Positions 11,479-21,531 of a stretch of 64,000 nt of DNA are shown here, in pieces (position 1 is the first letter of the stretch; the number at the start of each line of letters is the position of its first letter). Both the position numbers and the translations under genes were made by a program. Origin of the DNA: an uncultured Actinomycetes bacterium (lineage in GTDB: Bacteria; Actinomycetota; UBA4738; HRBIN12); contig CAWGVY010000005.1 in NCBI GenBank assembly GCA_963826185.1, forward strand, positions 142,391-206,390, given 5' to 3'. Under the pieces are notes generated by a model. The model saw nothing but the letters and a program-made list of their open reading frames with translations, had not been told where the DNA came from and did not search any database.

Positions 11479-12615
11479 ATGCAGGAGCAGCGAACCGTGC
11501 AGGACCGTGAAGCCGTGGAGCGTTTCGACACGGTGATCATCGGCGGCGGACAGGCAGGGCTCGCCGTCGGTCACTACCTCGCGGAGCAGGACCGCTCCTT
11601 CGTGATCTTGGACGCCAGCGAACGGGTCGGCGATGCTTGGCGCAAGCGATGGGACTCACTTCTGCTGTTCACGCCGGCCCGTAACGACGGCCTCCCGAGG
11701 ATGCGATTCCCAGGGCCCGGGGACGCCTTCGTCACCAAGGACCAGATGGCCGACTATCTGGAGTCGTACGCGTCGAGGTTCCGGCTTCCTGTCCGCAACG
11801 GCGTCACGGTCGACGGTCTCTCCAGGCAGGGGGGCCGCTTCGTCGTCTCGGCGGGCGAACAGCGATTCGAGTCCCGCAACGTGGTCGTGGCGATGGCGAA
11901 CTATCAGCGTCCGTGGGTCCCTCCGTTCGCCGACGAGATCCAACCCGGGATCCTGCAGCTCCACTCCTCCGAGTACAGGAACACATCGCAGCTTCGGGAA
12001 GGCGGCGTGCTGGTGGTGGGAGCGGGCAACTCAGGCGCCGACATCGCGATGGAGGTCGTGCGGAGCCATGTGACGTGGATGGCCGGGGAGGACCATGGTC
12101 ACGTCCCGTTCAGGATCGAGAGCCCGCTCGCGCGGATCCTTCTGATCCGGATGGTGCGCTTCATGGGTCACCACGTGATGACCGTTCGAACCCCGATGGG
12201 TCGGAAGATGCGCCCGGTGGCGCAGGCCGGCGGCCTGCCCCTGGTGCGGGTCAAACCGAAGGACCTGCTTGCCGCAGGGGTCCAGCGGACTCCCAGGGTC
12301 GTGGGCGTTCGGGAAGGACTGCCTGTCGTGGAAGGAGGTCAGGTCCTCGATGTAGCGAACCTCCTCTGGTGCACGGGGTTCCGCCCCGGCTTCTCGTGGA
12401 TCAGCCTGCCGGTCCTGGGAGACCGTGGCGAGCCTATCCACGATCGCGGGGTCGTCGCCGGCGAGCCGGGCCTGTACTTCGTGGGCCTGAACTTCCTGTA
12501 CGCGGCCACATCTGACATCGTCACGGGGGTCGCTCGAGACGCCGCGCATGTCGCCAAGCACATCGCCGCGTCAAGCGTCCTGGCCGAAGCGAAGGCATCC
12601 GCGCCCACGAGTTGA
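11479..12615 (+). CDS. FAD/NAD(P)-binding flavoprotein monooxygenase-like oxidoreductase
   Basis: Two dinucleotide-binding motifs: VIIGGGQAGLAVG and VVGAGNSGADIA. Intact 378-aa ORF. Confidence 0.8.
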   Translation: MQEQRTVQDREAVERFDTVIIGGGQAGLAVGHYLAEQDRSFVILDASERVGDAWRKRWDSLLLFTPARNDGLPRMRFPGPGDAFVTKDQMADYLESYASRFRLPVRNGVTVDGLSRQGGRFVVSAGEQRFESRNVVVAMANYQRPWVPPFADEIQPGILQLHSSEYRNTSQLREGGVLVVGAGNSGADIAMEVVRSHVTWMAGEDHGHVPFRIESPLARILLIRMVRFMGHHVMTVRTPMGRKMRPVAQAGGLPLVRVKPKDLLAAGVQRTPRVVGVREGLPVVEGGQVLDVANLLWCTGFRPGFSWISLPVLGDRGEPIHDRGVVAGEPGLYFVGLNFLYAATSDIVTGVARDAAHVAKHIAASSVLAEAKASAPTS

Positions 12616-12625
12616 GGAGGCACGA

Positions 12626-13495
12626 TTGCTCCGGACGCCGCTCCACGATCTGGTCGGTATCGATGTCCCGGTGATCCAGGCGGGGATGAGCATCTTCACG
12701 TCGCCGGCTCTGGCGGCCGCGGTGTCCAACGCGGGTGGGCTGGGGAGCCTAGGAGCTTGGCAACGGCCCCCCGAACAGCTTCGCCGCGACCTCGACGAGC
12801 TTCGGCGTATCACCGGCAGGCCGTTCGCCGTGAACCATGTCGTACCTGATCTCGACCCCGTCGGGTTCGAGGTCACGCTCGAGCTCGCGCCGGCGGTCGT
12901 GTCCTTCGCCCTCGACGATGCAGGTCCGCTCATGTCACGGGCGCATGACGCGGGGAGCCTGGTCATGCAGCAGGTCACCACCGTGCGGCAAGCTGAGGAC
13001 GCGGCCGAGCACGGCGCTGACATCGTCGTTGCCCAAGGTGGAGAGGCCGGAGGCTTCGGGGGGAGCGTCGCCACGCTGGCGCTCGTTCCGCAGGTCGTCG
13101 ATGCCGTCCGCCCGGTACCCGTCGTGGCCGCAGGCGGCATCGCCGATGGCCGCGGTCTCGCCGCCGCTCTCACGCTCGGGGCCGCGGGGGTGAACCTGGG
13201 CACCCGCTTCCTCGCCTCGGTGGAGGCGCCGGTGGACGACGTGTGGAAGCAGGCGATCCTCGACTCGGTTTCGGAAGCATGGATGCAGGTCGTTCCTGAC
13301 GAACGCGAGCCGGATCCGGGGTCCCGTGGGTACGGGACCCGGTTGCGAGCGTTGAACACGAGAAACGAGGAGCTCCTGGTGGGAGGACAGAGCGCCGGCC
13401 TGATCCGCGACATCCTGAGCGCGGGGGACATCGTGCGCACCATCGGATCGGACGCCGAGCAGATCCTCGCCGATACGGTCAGCCGCCTCGCGTGA
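12626..13495 (+). CDS. nitronate monooxygenase (NMO / 2-nitropropane dioxygenase-like)
   Basis: TTG start at 12626 follows GAGGAGG. IDVPVIQAGM, NAGGLGSLG and VVAQGGEAGGFGG are typical of FMN-dependent NMO. Confidence 0.8.
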   Translation: MLRTPLHDLVGIDVPVIQAGMSIFTSPALAAAVSNAGGLGSLGAWQRPPEQLRRDLDELRRITGRPFAVNHVVPDLDPVGFEVTLELAPAVVSFALDDAGPLMSRAHDAGSLVMQQVTTVRQAEDAAEHGADIVVAQGGEAGGFGGSVATLALVPQVVDAVRPVPVVAAGGIADGRGLAAALTLGAAGVNLGTRFLASVEAPVDDVWKQAILDSVSEAWMQVVPDEREPDPGSRGYGTRLRALNTRNEELLVGGQSAGLIRDILSAGDIVRTIGSDAEQILADTVSRLA

Positions 13496-13519
13496 CCGAC
13501 GTCGGGGAAACCTGACCCG

Positions 13520-13942
13520 TCAGAAGTCTCGGCGTCCGTCGAAATGGCCGGCCGCCTCCGGCCGGGTCAGCTCGTAGAGGGCCAGTCGATGCCCACCCGG
13601 CGTCCGGAACGAACAACAGGGTCCGTGGGGGATCTCGAAGCTCCGCTCCCTCACCCATCCGGCGTCCTCCTGTCGGCTCAGCGTCGCACCCAGATCGTCC
13701 ACGCGGTAGACGAGGATCGCATGGTCGCCCTCCAAGTGGTCGGTGAGCAGGATCAGGGGAGGGCCCGGCGCGAGTTCCACGGCGGCGACCCGGGCACCCA
13801 TGCCCTCGACCGCGAAGACGACCCGGCCGCCCAGGACGTCAGTGAAGAACGCCAGATCGCTCACCACGTCATGGCTCGGCGTGTACAGGAAGTCGAGCTC
13901 CTGGAACGGAGGAGACTCGCGTTCGCTCTTAAGACCGCTCAC
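13520..13942 (-). CDS. VOC (glyoxalase/bleomycin-resistance/dioxygenase fold) family protein
   Basis: 140-aa ORF with a VOC-like pattern (VFAVEG...LILLTDHLEGDH...FRTPGGHRLALYE). Confidence 0.65.
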   Translation of the reverse strand: MSGLKSERESPPFQELDFLYTPSHDVVSDLAFFTDVLGGRVVFAVEGMGARVAAVELAPGPPLILLTDHLEGDHAILVYRVDDLGATLSRQEDAGWVRERSFEIPHGPCCSFRTPGGHRLALYELTRPEAAGHFDGRRDF

Positions 13943-13978
13943 GCGATCCAGCGTGCCACGGTTCGGGCCGCGACGTCG

Positions 13979-14329
13979 TCAGTCCTGTCGGGCCAGGCCG
14001 ATGATGTGGTCTTGGGGGTCCGCGATCAAAGCGAACGTGACGCCGGGCACGCTGACGGGTTCCTGCACGACGCGGCCGCCCAGTCGTTTCGTGGTGGCCA
14101 GCACGCCCTCCATGTCCTCGACCCCGACGAAGAACGTGACGAGATCATCGTCCCCCTGTAGCGGGCTGATCGCCGTGTACAGGGCGTCGGGCACGCCGGT
14201 GTCGACGAAGGTGTAGCCGGGCAGGTCGCCCTCACGCGGGTAGGTCCACCCGAACAGCCCCCCGAAGAACGCTCGGGTGGCGTTGGGGTCCTTGGAACGG
14301 ATCTCGGCATGAACGACGGGATGCGGCAT
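13979..14329 (-). CDS. VOC family protein
   Basis: MPHPVVHAEIRSKDP...FFGGLFGW...VTFALIADPQDHIIGL. Start set at M12 of the track ORF. Confidence 0.7.
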   Translation of the reverse strand: MPHPVVHAEIRSKDPNATRAFFGGLFGWTYPREGDLPGYTFVDTGVPDALYTAISPLQGDDDLVTFFVGVEDMEGVLATTKRLGGRVVQEPVSVPGVTFALIADPQDHIIGLARQD

Positions 14330-14410
14330 GGCGGTCCTCCCTGACTCTGGCGTGCGCCCCATCGGCGCCTGCTACCCGAACGACGAACGGGCCCGGGTCA
14401 TCTCGACAGA

Positions 14411-15859
14411 TCACCCGAAGGTAGCGGCGATGAACTCGGCGGCGCCGATCACCGGCAGGTTCGTGTTCGCCCGCGGAGGGGTGGGAAGGATCGACGCGTC
14501 GGCGACGAACAACCCGGTCGTCCCATGCACGCGGCCGGTCTCCCCGACCACCGCTCCCGGATCGTCGGCGGGCCCAACGCGACACGTGCCGACGGGATGG
14601 AAGTATCCGCCCGCGTTTGCGCGGATCCAGGCCGCCAGATCGTCCGTGGGTCCAGGTGCGCGGTCCTCACCCACCCACGGGGCGAGCGCCTGCGTTCGTC
14701 CCAGGGTCCTCGCCAACTCGATCCCTTCGAGCAACACGCCAACGTCGTGCTCGCTCAGACCGGAGAAGGGTTGGGTGAGTTCGGGCAGGATCTCCGGGTC
14801 GGCCGACGGGAGCCGCAGGCTCCCCACCGACGTCGACTCCACCGCCCAGACGTTGAGCGTCACGACCGGTTGGTCGCGCGCCTCATCGAACCAACGGAAG
14901 GGCAGGATGTGGGTATCCCAATACGCATCCGAGCAGCTGCCGCTGCGGGCCTTGAGCACCAGGTGACCGTTCGTCGGTCCGGGCTTGCCCAGGGACGGAT
15001 CGGTCGCGAACTCCACGAAGGCGGACGGATGGTCCATCAGGTTCTGTCCCACGCCTGCGAGGGGGACCGTCACGGGGATGCCGAGCCTCTCGAGCTCTTC
15101 GGAGGGCCCGACGCCGCTCCGCTGGAGGATCGCTGGGGAGAGATAGGTCCCCGCGCAGAGGATCACGGTGCCCGCCCCCACGCGACGCTCGCCGCCCTCG
15201 CCGTGCATCCTCACGCCGGTGACGGTGGTGCCCTCGAACTCCACTCGCTCTACCGAGGTGTCCGCAGCGATCGACAGGTTCGTTCGGGAGCGCGCCGGAT
15301 CCAGGTAGGCGAAGGAGGTGTTCCACCGAACGCTGCCCACGATGTTCTTCGGCGAGGGGGCCACCCCGGGCCGCCAGTCCGGGACGTTCAGACCGTCCAG
15401 CACCGGATAGCCGACCTCCTCGCACGCCTGCAGGAACGGTTCCGCCATCGTCCCGTGTTCCTCCAGCGATGGGACCCGGGTCCGGAGCTGCTCCTGCGCG
15501 CGCTCCAGGTACGGTCGCTGCTCCTCGAACCCCCAGAGCCGGCCGGCGAGCTCGGCCCAGCGCGCGTGATCGGCTGGCGCGGCCCACGCCACGATGCACA
15601 GGTTGTGGCTCGAGCACCCACCCAGGATCTTCGCGCGCGCCGCGGAGTCGCCTCCGGCGAACCCCCAGTCGTGAGACTCGATCGCGATGTCGCGTCCGTC
15701 CACGATGTCGTCCGGCCAACGTCCGTCGTCGTACGCGCCGTAGTCGGGTCCCGCTTCGATCAACAGCACCCTGCGGGAGGGGTCCTCGGAGAGCCGGGAT
15801 GCCAGGACGCACCCTGCGCTGCCTCCGCCGACCACCACCACATCGAACGCATCGACCAT
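14411..15859 (-). CDS. GMC-family FAD oxidoreductase (choline/alcohol dehydrogenase-like)
   Basis: N-terminal FDVVVVGGGSAGCVLASRLSED, and C-terminal HPVGTCRVG and NTNLPVI motifs. Intact 482 aa. Confidence 0.9.
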   Translation of the reverse strand: MVDAFDVVVVGGGSAGCVLASRLSEDPSRRVLLIEAGPDYGAYDDGRWPDDIVDGRDIAIESHDWGFAGGDSAARAKILGGCSSHNLCIVAWAAPADHARWAELAGRLWGFEEQRPYLERAQEQLRTRVPSLEEHGTMAEPFLQACEEVGYPVLDGLNVPDWRPGVAPSPKNIVGSVRWNTSFAYLDPARSRTNLSIAADTSVERVEFEGTTVTGVRMHGEGGERRVGAGTVILCAGTYLSPAILQRSGVGPSEELERLGIPVTVPLAGVGQNLMDHPSAFVEFATDPSLGKPGPTNGHLVLKARSGSCSDAYWDTHILPFRWFDEARDQPVVTLNVWAVESTSVGSLRLPSADPEILPELTQPFSGLSEHDVGVLLEGIELARTLGRTQALAPWVGEDRAPGPTDDLAAWIRANAGGYFHPVGTCRVGPADDPGAVVGETGRVHGTTGLFVADASILPTPPRANTNLPVIGAAEFIAATFG

Positions 15860-15946
15860 CGTGGGAAAAGCCTAGTCCGAACAGGGTTCCCGACAGATCC
15901 GCTGTCTTCCCTTGCGAGAGCTTCTCCGTGACGTGACAATCCGCCC

Positions 15947-17488
15947 GTGACCGGCGACGCCCCCACGAGCCCTCCGCCCCCGCTTCCTCCGCCCCCCTCT
16001 GATGTGGGAGGCGTCGGCGTGGGGTTCCCGGCTCCCGAGAAGCCGGATCGTTCCTCCCACGTCGGTCGGACGCTGGCGCTGGTCGCGCTGGGGATCGCGA
16101 TCCTGATCGTGATCGCCTTCGTCGTGGCCCCCTGGGAATCGGAGCCCGAAGGTTCGAAGACCGGTGCCTCGGTGGTGCCCGGGGGCTCGGCGCACTTCGA
16201 GGGTCACGATGTGGCGTTCGACTATCCCGCCGGATGGGTCCCCGATCCGGAGGGTCAGGATCTGTTCGGGATCGAGGACCTGCGACGGTCCTCCGTGTGG
16301 CTCGAGGCATTCGGCGGCCCTGGGTCCGACCTGATCGTCGTGGCGTGGCTCGATCGCGGTCGGGCCATCTCGCCCGCGGTGATGGCGAAGAACAAGGATG
16401 CCTTCGCCCGTCAGACGAAGCAGACATCGGGCAGGCCCATCGTTGAGCCGGCCGCGGTCGCCGAGCACGCCGGGTCGATCGCGATCCGCTACGTTCTGGG
16501 GCCCGGGGGTCAGGGCGACGTCAGCACCACGACGGACGTGAACCTGCTGTCGGCCGGCGACGCGGTGATCGTCGTGCGTTGCGACTACCCGGACGGGGAT
16601 CCGAACGACGTCGCCGCCGCGTGCAACCGACTCCTGGAGACGTTCGAGCTGACGTCGACGGGTCCGGTGCCCGTGGCGGCGATGCCGCCGAACGAGGTAT
16701 CGCCATCCGCCAGCGATGACACACTTGCCTGGGTCGAGCTCGAAGGGAAGAAGGCGCAGGGATCGCTCGTGGTGCGCGACGGGGCGTCGGAGGCGGCGAC
16801 GATCGATGTGGGCGGTCCCGTCACGACGGCGCACCTGGAGGTCGACGGACGCCGGATCGCCTACACCCGATGGGTCAAGGGCGAGGCGACGTCGCCGGTG
16901 GGCGTGTACGACCCGGACGCCGAACGCTCCGTCCACCTCCCGGAGCGCATCCAGGTGGCCGGGCCGACCCCGGCCTTCATCTCCGGTGACTCCCTGCTCT
17001 ACGCCCGCCTGCTCCGGCCGCCGGATCCGAAGGACGGCATCGAGATCGTGCTGGCGGACCTGGAGACGGGTGAGGAGAGGGTGTTGGCGAAGACGAAAGA
17101 CGAGTACATGCAGCCCGGCGGTCTCGCGGGCGACTTCGCCGTGTGGTGGCGGTGTCCCGAGAGCGGGGCATGTGATGTCTTCCGCCACCAACTCTCGACC
17201 GGGGAGACCGTCAAGGTCCCCCGGCCGACCGGGGCGAACTACCATGCGGCCGTGATCCCCGACGGCACCGTCTACTACGTCAACGGCCATCCTACCAAGT
17301 GTGGGATCGGCACCCAGATGCGGCGGTTCGATCTGGACGGGACCGTGACCACCCTCGCGAACTTCCCCGACGGGTTCGAGGTGTGGGGAACCTTCGCCGA
17401 TCCCGAACCGGCGGGCACGGCCGTCTACTTCCAGCGCGTCTGGTGTGGTCTCGGGGAGATCGATGCCTACCGGCTGATCGATGGGTAG
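15947..17488 (+). CDS. membrane-anchored hypothetical protein with Pro-rich N-terminus and beta-propeller-like ectodomain
   Basis: PPPPLPPPPS, one TM (LALVALGIAILIVIAFVVA), then a TolB-like C-terminal part. It shares the motif C..(G/D)AC.....(L/I)..G....V..P.G..Y......(T/Q).Y(Y/F)V......CG with ORF 53575..54498. Confidence 0.65.
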   Translation: MTGDAPTSPPPPLPPPPSDVGGVGVGFPAPEKPDRSSHVGRTLALVALGIAILIVIAFVVAPWESEPEGSKTGASVVPGGSAHFEGHDVAFDYPAGWVPDPEGQDLFGIEDLRRSSVWLEAFGGPGSDLIVVAWLDRGRAISPAVMAKNKDAFARQTKQTSGRPIVEPAAVAEHAGSIAIRYVLGPGGQGDVSTTTDVNLLSAGDAVIVVRCDYPDGDPNDVAAACNRLLETFELTSTGPVPVAAMPPNEVSPSASDDTLAWVELEGKKAQGSLVVRDGASEAATIDVGGPVTTAHLEVDGRRIAYTRWVKGEATSPVGVYDPDAERSVHLPERIQVAGPTPAFISGDSLLYARLLRPPDPKDGIEIVLADLETGEERVLAKTKDEYMQPGGLAGDFAVWWRCPESGACDVFRHQLSTGETVKVPRPTGANYHAAVIPDGTVYYVNGHPTKCGIGTQMRRFDLDGTVTTLANFPDGFEVWGTFADPEPAGTAVYFQRVWCGLGEIDAYRLIDG

Positions 17489-18537
17489 GCGATCCCGGCC
17501 GTGGACGGCCAGCCGATCGAGATCTGCTCGCCGGGGCTGATCGGGTCCCTCACGCGGAGCCGGCAGTCCCCGACGGGCGTCGTGGTGAGGATCTCGAAGT
17601 AGGACCCGAAGAACGAGCACGTCTCCACGGTCCCTTGGAGGATGCCCTGCCCCTCGCGTGCGACCTCCAGCTCTTCAGGACGCAGGAGCACCTGCACCTC
17701 CTCCCCGTTCGACACCCCCGCGTCGGAGGCCTGGAACCGTCGTGCGGCCACCTCGACCTCCACGCTTCCCCCTTGCGTCGAGATCGCGGTTCCGGGGAAG
17801 AACGACCCCGCACCCACGAACCGGGCGGTGAACAGCGTCGCGGGAGAGCGATAGATCGTCTGCGGGTCCGCGACCTGCTCCAGCCGGCCCCGGTTCATCA
17901 CGCCCACCAGTTGCGAGATGCTGAGCGCCTCATCCTGATCGTGGGTGACGAACACGAAGGTGGTACCGAGCTCCTGATGGATCCTCAGCAGCTCCTCGCG
18001 GAGGGCGAAGCGCACGTTTCGATCCAGCGCACTGAGCGGCTCATCCAGCAGCAGGACGCGAGGACGGTTGATGAGCGCCCTGGCGACGGCCACGCGCTGT
18101 GCCTGCCCGCCGGAGATCTCCGAGGGGTACCGTGACTCCATCCCCTCGAGGCTCACCAGGCGGACCATGGCCGCGACCCGCTCGGCGCGCTCGCCCGCCG
18201 ACGGCCGGTCGCTCCTGGCCTGGGTGGTCAACCCGAACCCGATGTTCTCCGCGATCGTCATGTGGGGGAACAGGGCGTAGTTCTGGAACACCATGTTGAA
18301 CGGCCGGCGCTCGGGTGGCGACGTCGTGATGTCCTCCCCGTCACTGGACACCGTCCCCCCCCGGTCGGGCGGCTCCAGGCCCGCCACGATCCGAAGCAGG
18401 GTGGTCTTGCCGCATCCGCTGGGTCCCAGCAGGCTGAAGAACGACCCGGGGGGGATCTCGAGGTCGAGGGCATGGAGCGCCGTGACGTCGCCGAAGCGCT
18501 TGGAGACACCCGCGATCGAGACGGCACCGGCCGCCAC
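17467..18537 (-). CDS. polyamine-type ABC transporter ATPase (PotA-like)
   Basis: LLGPSGCGKTT, ISGGQAQRVAVARAL, LLLDEPLSALD, and a C-terminal TOBE-like domain. Confidence 0.9.
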   Translation of the reverse strand: MAAGAVSIAGVSKRFGDVTALHALDLEIPPGSFFSLLGPSGCGKTTLLRIVAGLEPPDRGGTVSSDGEDITTSPPERRPFNMVFQNYALFPHMTIAENIGFGLTTQARSDRPSAGERAERVAAMVRLVSLEGMESRYPSEISGGQAQRVAVARALINRPRVLLLDEPLSALDRNVRFALREELLRIHQELGTTFVFVTHDQDEALSISQLVGVMNRGRLEQVADPQTIYRSPATLFTARFVGAGSFFPGTAISTQGGSVEVEVAARRFQASDAGVSNGEEVQVLLRPEELEVAREGQGILQGTVETCSFFGSYFEILTTTPVGDCRLRVRDPISPGEQISIGWPSTAGIAYPSISR

Positions 18538-19359
18538 CTAGGCCACCGCCGCCAGCTGGTCCACCTGCAGCTGGGCGGCCTGGCGCTGCGATCGACGTCG
18601 TTGGGTGACCAGGGCGATCGTGACCGCGATCCACGGCACCAGGAGCAGCACCGTCGCCACCGCGTTGATGGACGGATCGATCGTCCGGCGCAGCCGCGAG
18701 AGCACGAACAGCGGCAGGGTCTGCCGCGTCCCCGAGGTGAAGTTCGTGATCAGCACCTCGTCGAACGAGATCGAGGCGGCGATCACCATCGCACCCAGGA
18801 TGGAGGGTCCGATCAACGGGAACGTGATCCTGCGCAGCACCATCGTCGGCTTTGCCCCCAGATCGCGGGCCGCCTGCTCCACCGCCAGATCGTAGTTCCG
18901 CAGCCGGGCGCCCACGATCAGGATCACGAACGGGGTCGTGATGATGACGTGGCCGGCGATGATCGTGTACATCGACGGATCGATCGCGAACGTCTTCATG
19001 GCCGCCACCAGGGCGATCCCGATGAACAACGGCGGCATGAGCACCGGGAGCCGCGAACCGCTCTCGAGCCACCGGATCAGCCGGTTCGGTCGGCGCGTGA
19101 TCGCGAAGGCAGCCATCGTGCCGATCACCCCCGAGATCACGGCCGTCCACAGCGCAGCCCAGGCGCTCGTGGCCAGACCCGAGCGGAAGGCAGGCTCGCT
19201 GAAGATCAGTTGGAACCATCGGAAGGACAGTCCCTGCGGTGGCCAGCTCAGGTTGCTCCCGCCATTGAGGCTGTACAGAACCACCACGGCCAGAGGCAGG
19301 TAGATGAACACGAACAGCACCGTGGCGACGATCGTGAACCACGGCGAGCGGCGTCTCAT
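18538..19359 (-). CDS. ABC transporter permease (PotC-like)
   Basis: Start set at MRRRSPWFTIVATVLFVFIYLP (M97 of the track ORF). ATGA overlap with the upstream permease. EAA-like loop EQAARDLGAKPTMVLRRITFPL. Confidence 0.85.
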   Translation of the reverse strand: MRRRSPWFTIVATVLFVFIYLPLAVVVLYSLNGGSNLSWPPQGLSFRWFQLIFSEPAFRSGLATSAWAALWTAVISGVIGTMAAFAITRRPNRLIRWLESGSRLPVLMPPLFIGIALVAAMKTFAIDPSMYTIIAGHVIITTPFVILIVGARLRNYDLAVEQAARDLGAKPTMVLRRITFPLIGPSILGAMVIAASISFDEVLITNFTSGTRQTLPLFVLSRLRRTIDPSINAVATVLLLVPWIAVTIALVTQRRRSQRQAAQLQVDQLAAVA

Positions 19360-20276
19360 CCCGTGTGCCTCGGCAGCAGACCGGCTGCGCGCATGCCCAG
19401 CCGCAGGCACACGACGAGCACCAAGAACAGGGCGATCATCACGAACGCGATCGCCGCGCCGAGCGGGTAGTTGAGTGCGGTCGTGAGCTGGTCCGCGATC
19501 AGCGTCCCGAAGGTGGCGCTCGATCCGATCCCGCCCAGGAACACGGGCGTGATGTAGTCGCCGGCCGACAGGAAGAACACGAACAGGGCGGCGCCAAACA
19601 GGGCGTTGCCCGAGAGGGGGAGCATGATCCGGCGAAGGGACATCCACCTTGAGGCGCCCAGATCGCGGGCGGCAGATTCGAGACCGGGTGATATCGAGGT
19701 GAGGCTCGAGTACAAGACCAGCGTCGTGAACGGCAGGAAGAAGTTGACCTCTGCCGTCACCACCGCCACCCGCGAGAACAGCAGGATGCCGAGCGGCTGG
19801 TCGGTGACGTGGGCCGCCTGCAGCAGCGAGTTGAATATCCCGTGCTCGCCCGACAGGGTCCGCCAGGAGTAGATCAGGGCGAGGTAGCTCCCCATCAACG
19901 CGATCACGACCGCGACCAACAGGATCCCGCGATGGCGGGCGCGGAAGACCAGGTAGTAGGCCAACACGTAGCCGCCGACGACCGCGAGCAGAGCGGTGGG
20001 GGCCGCGATCAACAACGTGTTCACCGCGTACTTCCGGTACAGGGCGGTCGTGAGCGTGCGGTGATAGTTGTCGAGCGTGGCGCCGGGAACCACTTCCAGC
20101 AGGTGCAGGTGGAAGAAGGAGAACGCGAACAGCAACGCCACCGGGACCGCGACGCCGAACAGCAGGAGCGCCCCGGCCGGGCTGATCAAGAACGCGGCCA
20201 GGCGTCGGGAGAGGGTCAAGCTCGCAACCGGACTCGGTCTACGAGCCCTTGACCTCCTCCCACGTCGTGATGACAT
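19356..20276 (-). CDS. ABC transporter permease (PotB-like)
   Basis: Multi-TM ORF with ESAARDLGASRWMSLRRIMLPL. The true start may be a few codons downstream of 20276. Confidence 0.85.
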   Translation of the reverse strand: MSSRRGRRSRARRPSPVASLTLSRRLAAFLISPAGALLLFGVAVPVALLFAFSFFHLHLLEVVPGATLDNYHRTLTTALYRKYAVNTLLIAAPTALLAVVGGYVLAYYLVFRARHRGILLVAVVIALMGSYLALIYSWRTLSGEHGIFNSLLQAAHVTDQPLGILLFSRVAVVTAEVNFFLPFTTLVLYSSLTSISPGLESAARDLGASRWMSLRRIMLPLSGNALFGAALFVFFLSAGDYITPVFLGGIGSSATFGTLIADQLTTALNYPLGAAIAFVMIALFLVLVVCLRLGMRAAGLLPRHTG

Positions 20277-21414
20277 CGTCGTAGGTGGCCAGGTCGCCGT
20301 CGGGCTCCTGCGGGAACCCGCGGTTGAACGTCAACGTGTTCTCCAGGTAGTTGTCGATGTCGTCGTAGGGGTACATCGACTTCGCCTTCGGCGTCAGGAG
20401 GGGAACCGCTGCGGCCACGCCGGGACCCTGCAGCAATTCACTGTTGGCCGCCGCGTTGACCTCCGGATCCAGCAGGTGGTTCACCATCGCGAAGGCGTTC
20501 TGCGGGTTCGGCGAGGTCGACGTGATGAAGGCCGTGTCCGCCCAGCCGATGGCGCCCTCCGACGGGATCACCGTCTTCGTCTTGACCCCCTTGTCGGCGG
20601 TGATCGAGTCCATGAACAGCAGGCCGACCACCATGTAGTCCACGTCCTCGGAGACCAGGAGCGAGATCGAGTCCCCGATGCTGGGGGCGAGCGCCTTCAT
20701 CTGTCCCCGGAGCTTGACCAGGTAGTCCTTGACCGGGCCGTTGAGCTGATCGATCGTCAGACCGTCCGGATCGATGCCGACCGCGATGGCCCCGAGCGCG
20801 ACGTTGTTCAGCGCGCTGTCGATGGTGGAGACGCGGCCCTTGTACTGCGGATCCAGCAGGTCCTGCCAGCTCTTGGGCTCGGGGACGTTCGAGGTGTTGT
20901 ACGTCACGCCGGAGTATCCCCAGGTCCACGGGGCCCCGTTGTAGGTGCCGTCGTCGTTCTTCCACGGGTCGACCTTGAACGCGGGCATCAGCCCGTCGAG
21001 TCCCGGGACCTCGTCCACCGTCATCGGGGCGATCAGGCCCAGATTGTTGTAGTCGGTGAGCACGACGTTGTCCCCGTAGGACACATCCCACTTGTCGCCG
21101 CCCGGACCCTTGAGGACCGTCGGCACTTCCTCCGGACCGGTGATGTATTTGACGTTCACCTTGATCTCGTTGGCCTTGAACCAGTCGGTGAGGTCGCCGG
21201 CCGTGTCGTACCCCTCCCAGGAGTAGAGGTTGAGATCGCCACCGACCGGGGGAAGCGCGCTCGGGGTTGCGGCCGCCGAAGTGGGCGATGAGCCGGAATC
21301 GCTGGACAGACCGCAAGCGGCGAGCAGCGTGGCAGCGGCCGCCCCGCCGGTCATGGCCAGGAACCGCCTCCGGTCCATCAGGAACTGCAACTCGCGATCA
21401 CGTGCGTCGCCCAT
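20239..21414 (-). CDS. polyamine-type ABC substrate-binding lipoprotein (PotD/PotF-like) with Tat-like signal
   Basis: DRRRFLAMTGGAAAATLLAAC (twin-arginine plus lipobox). Periplasmic binding protein family 1 features. Start chosen at 21414 after GAGGGGGG. Confidence 0.8.
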   Translation of the reverse strand: MGDARDRELQFLMDRRRFLAMTGGAAAATLLAACGLSSDSGSSPTSAAATPSALPPVGGDLNLYSWEGYDTAGDLTDWFKANEIKVNVKYITGPEEVPTVLKGPGGDKWDVSYGDNVVLTDYNNLGLIAPMTVDEVPGLDGLMPAFKVDPWKNDDGTYNGAPWTWGYSGVTYNTSNVPEPKSWQDLLDPQYKGRVSTIDSALNNVALGAIAVGIDPDGLTIDQLNGPVKDYLVKLRGQMKALAPSIGDSISLLVSEDVDYMVVGLLFMDSITADKGVKTKTVIPSEGAIGWADTAFITSTSPNPQNAFAMVNHLLDPEVNAAANSELLQGPGVAAAVPLLTPKAKSMYPYDDIDNYLENTLTFNRGFPQEPDGDLATYDDVITTWEEVKGS

Positions 21415-21446
21415 GGTCCCCCCTCTGCGCATACGCCCCGGAGCTG

Positions 21447-21477
21447 GTCTGGTGGCATGATAACCTGCCGACCAGAC
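21447..21477. promoter_or_regulatory. imperfect inverted repeat GTCTGGTGGCA-N8-TGCCGACCAGAC upstream of the potD-like operon
   Basis: Read directly: arms at 21447..21457 and 21466..21477 match 11/12 with one bulge. On the minus strand a TTGACT lies 18-19 nt upstream of TTATCAT. The spacer and right arm contain the GATAACCTGC box. Confidence 0.4.
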
Positions 21478-21531
21478 GCGGAGTCAATGCAACTCCCACC
21501 TGCTCCTACGTGGCGCGTCGCGCCTCCGGCC

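Noticed and set aside
14883-17620. Very long antisense/alternate-frame ORFs (14883..16427, 15872..17620, 14525..15931)
   Set aside because: They have Arg/Pro/Gly-dominated composition and no motifs. They are fully shadowed by the GMC oxidoreductase and the 513-aa membrane protein, which have clear motifs or a signal/TM architecture.
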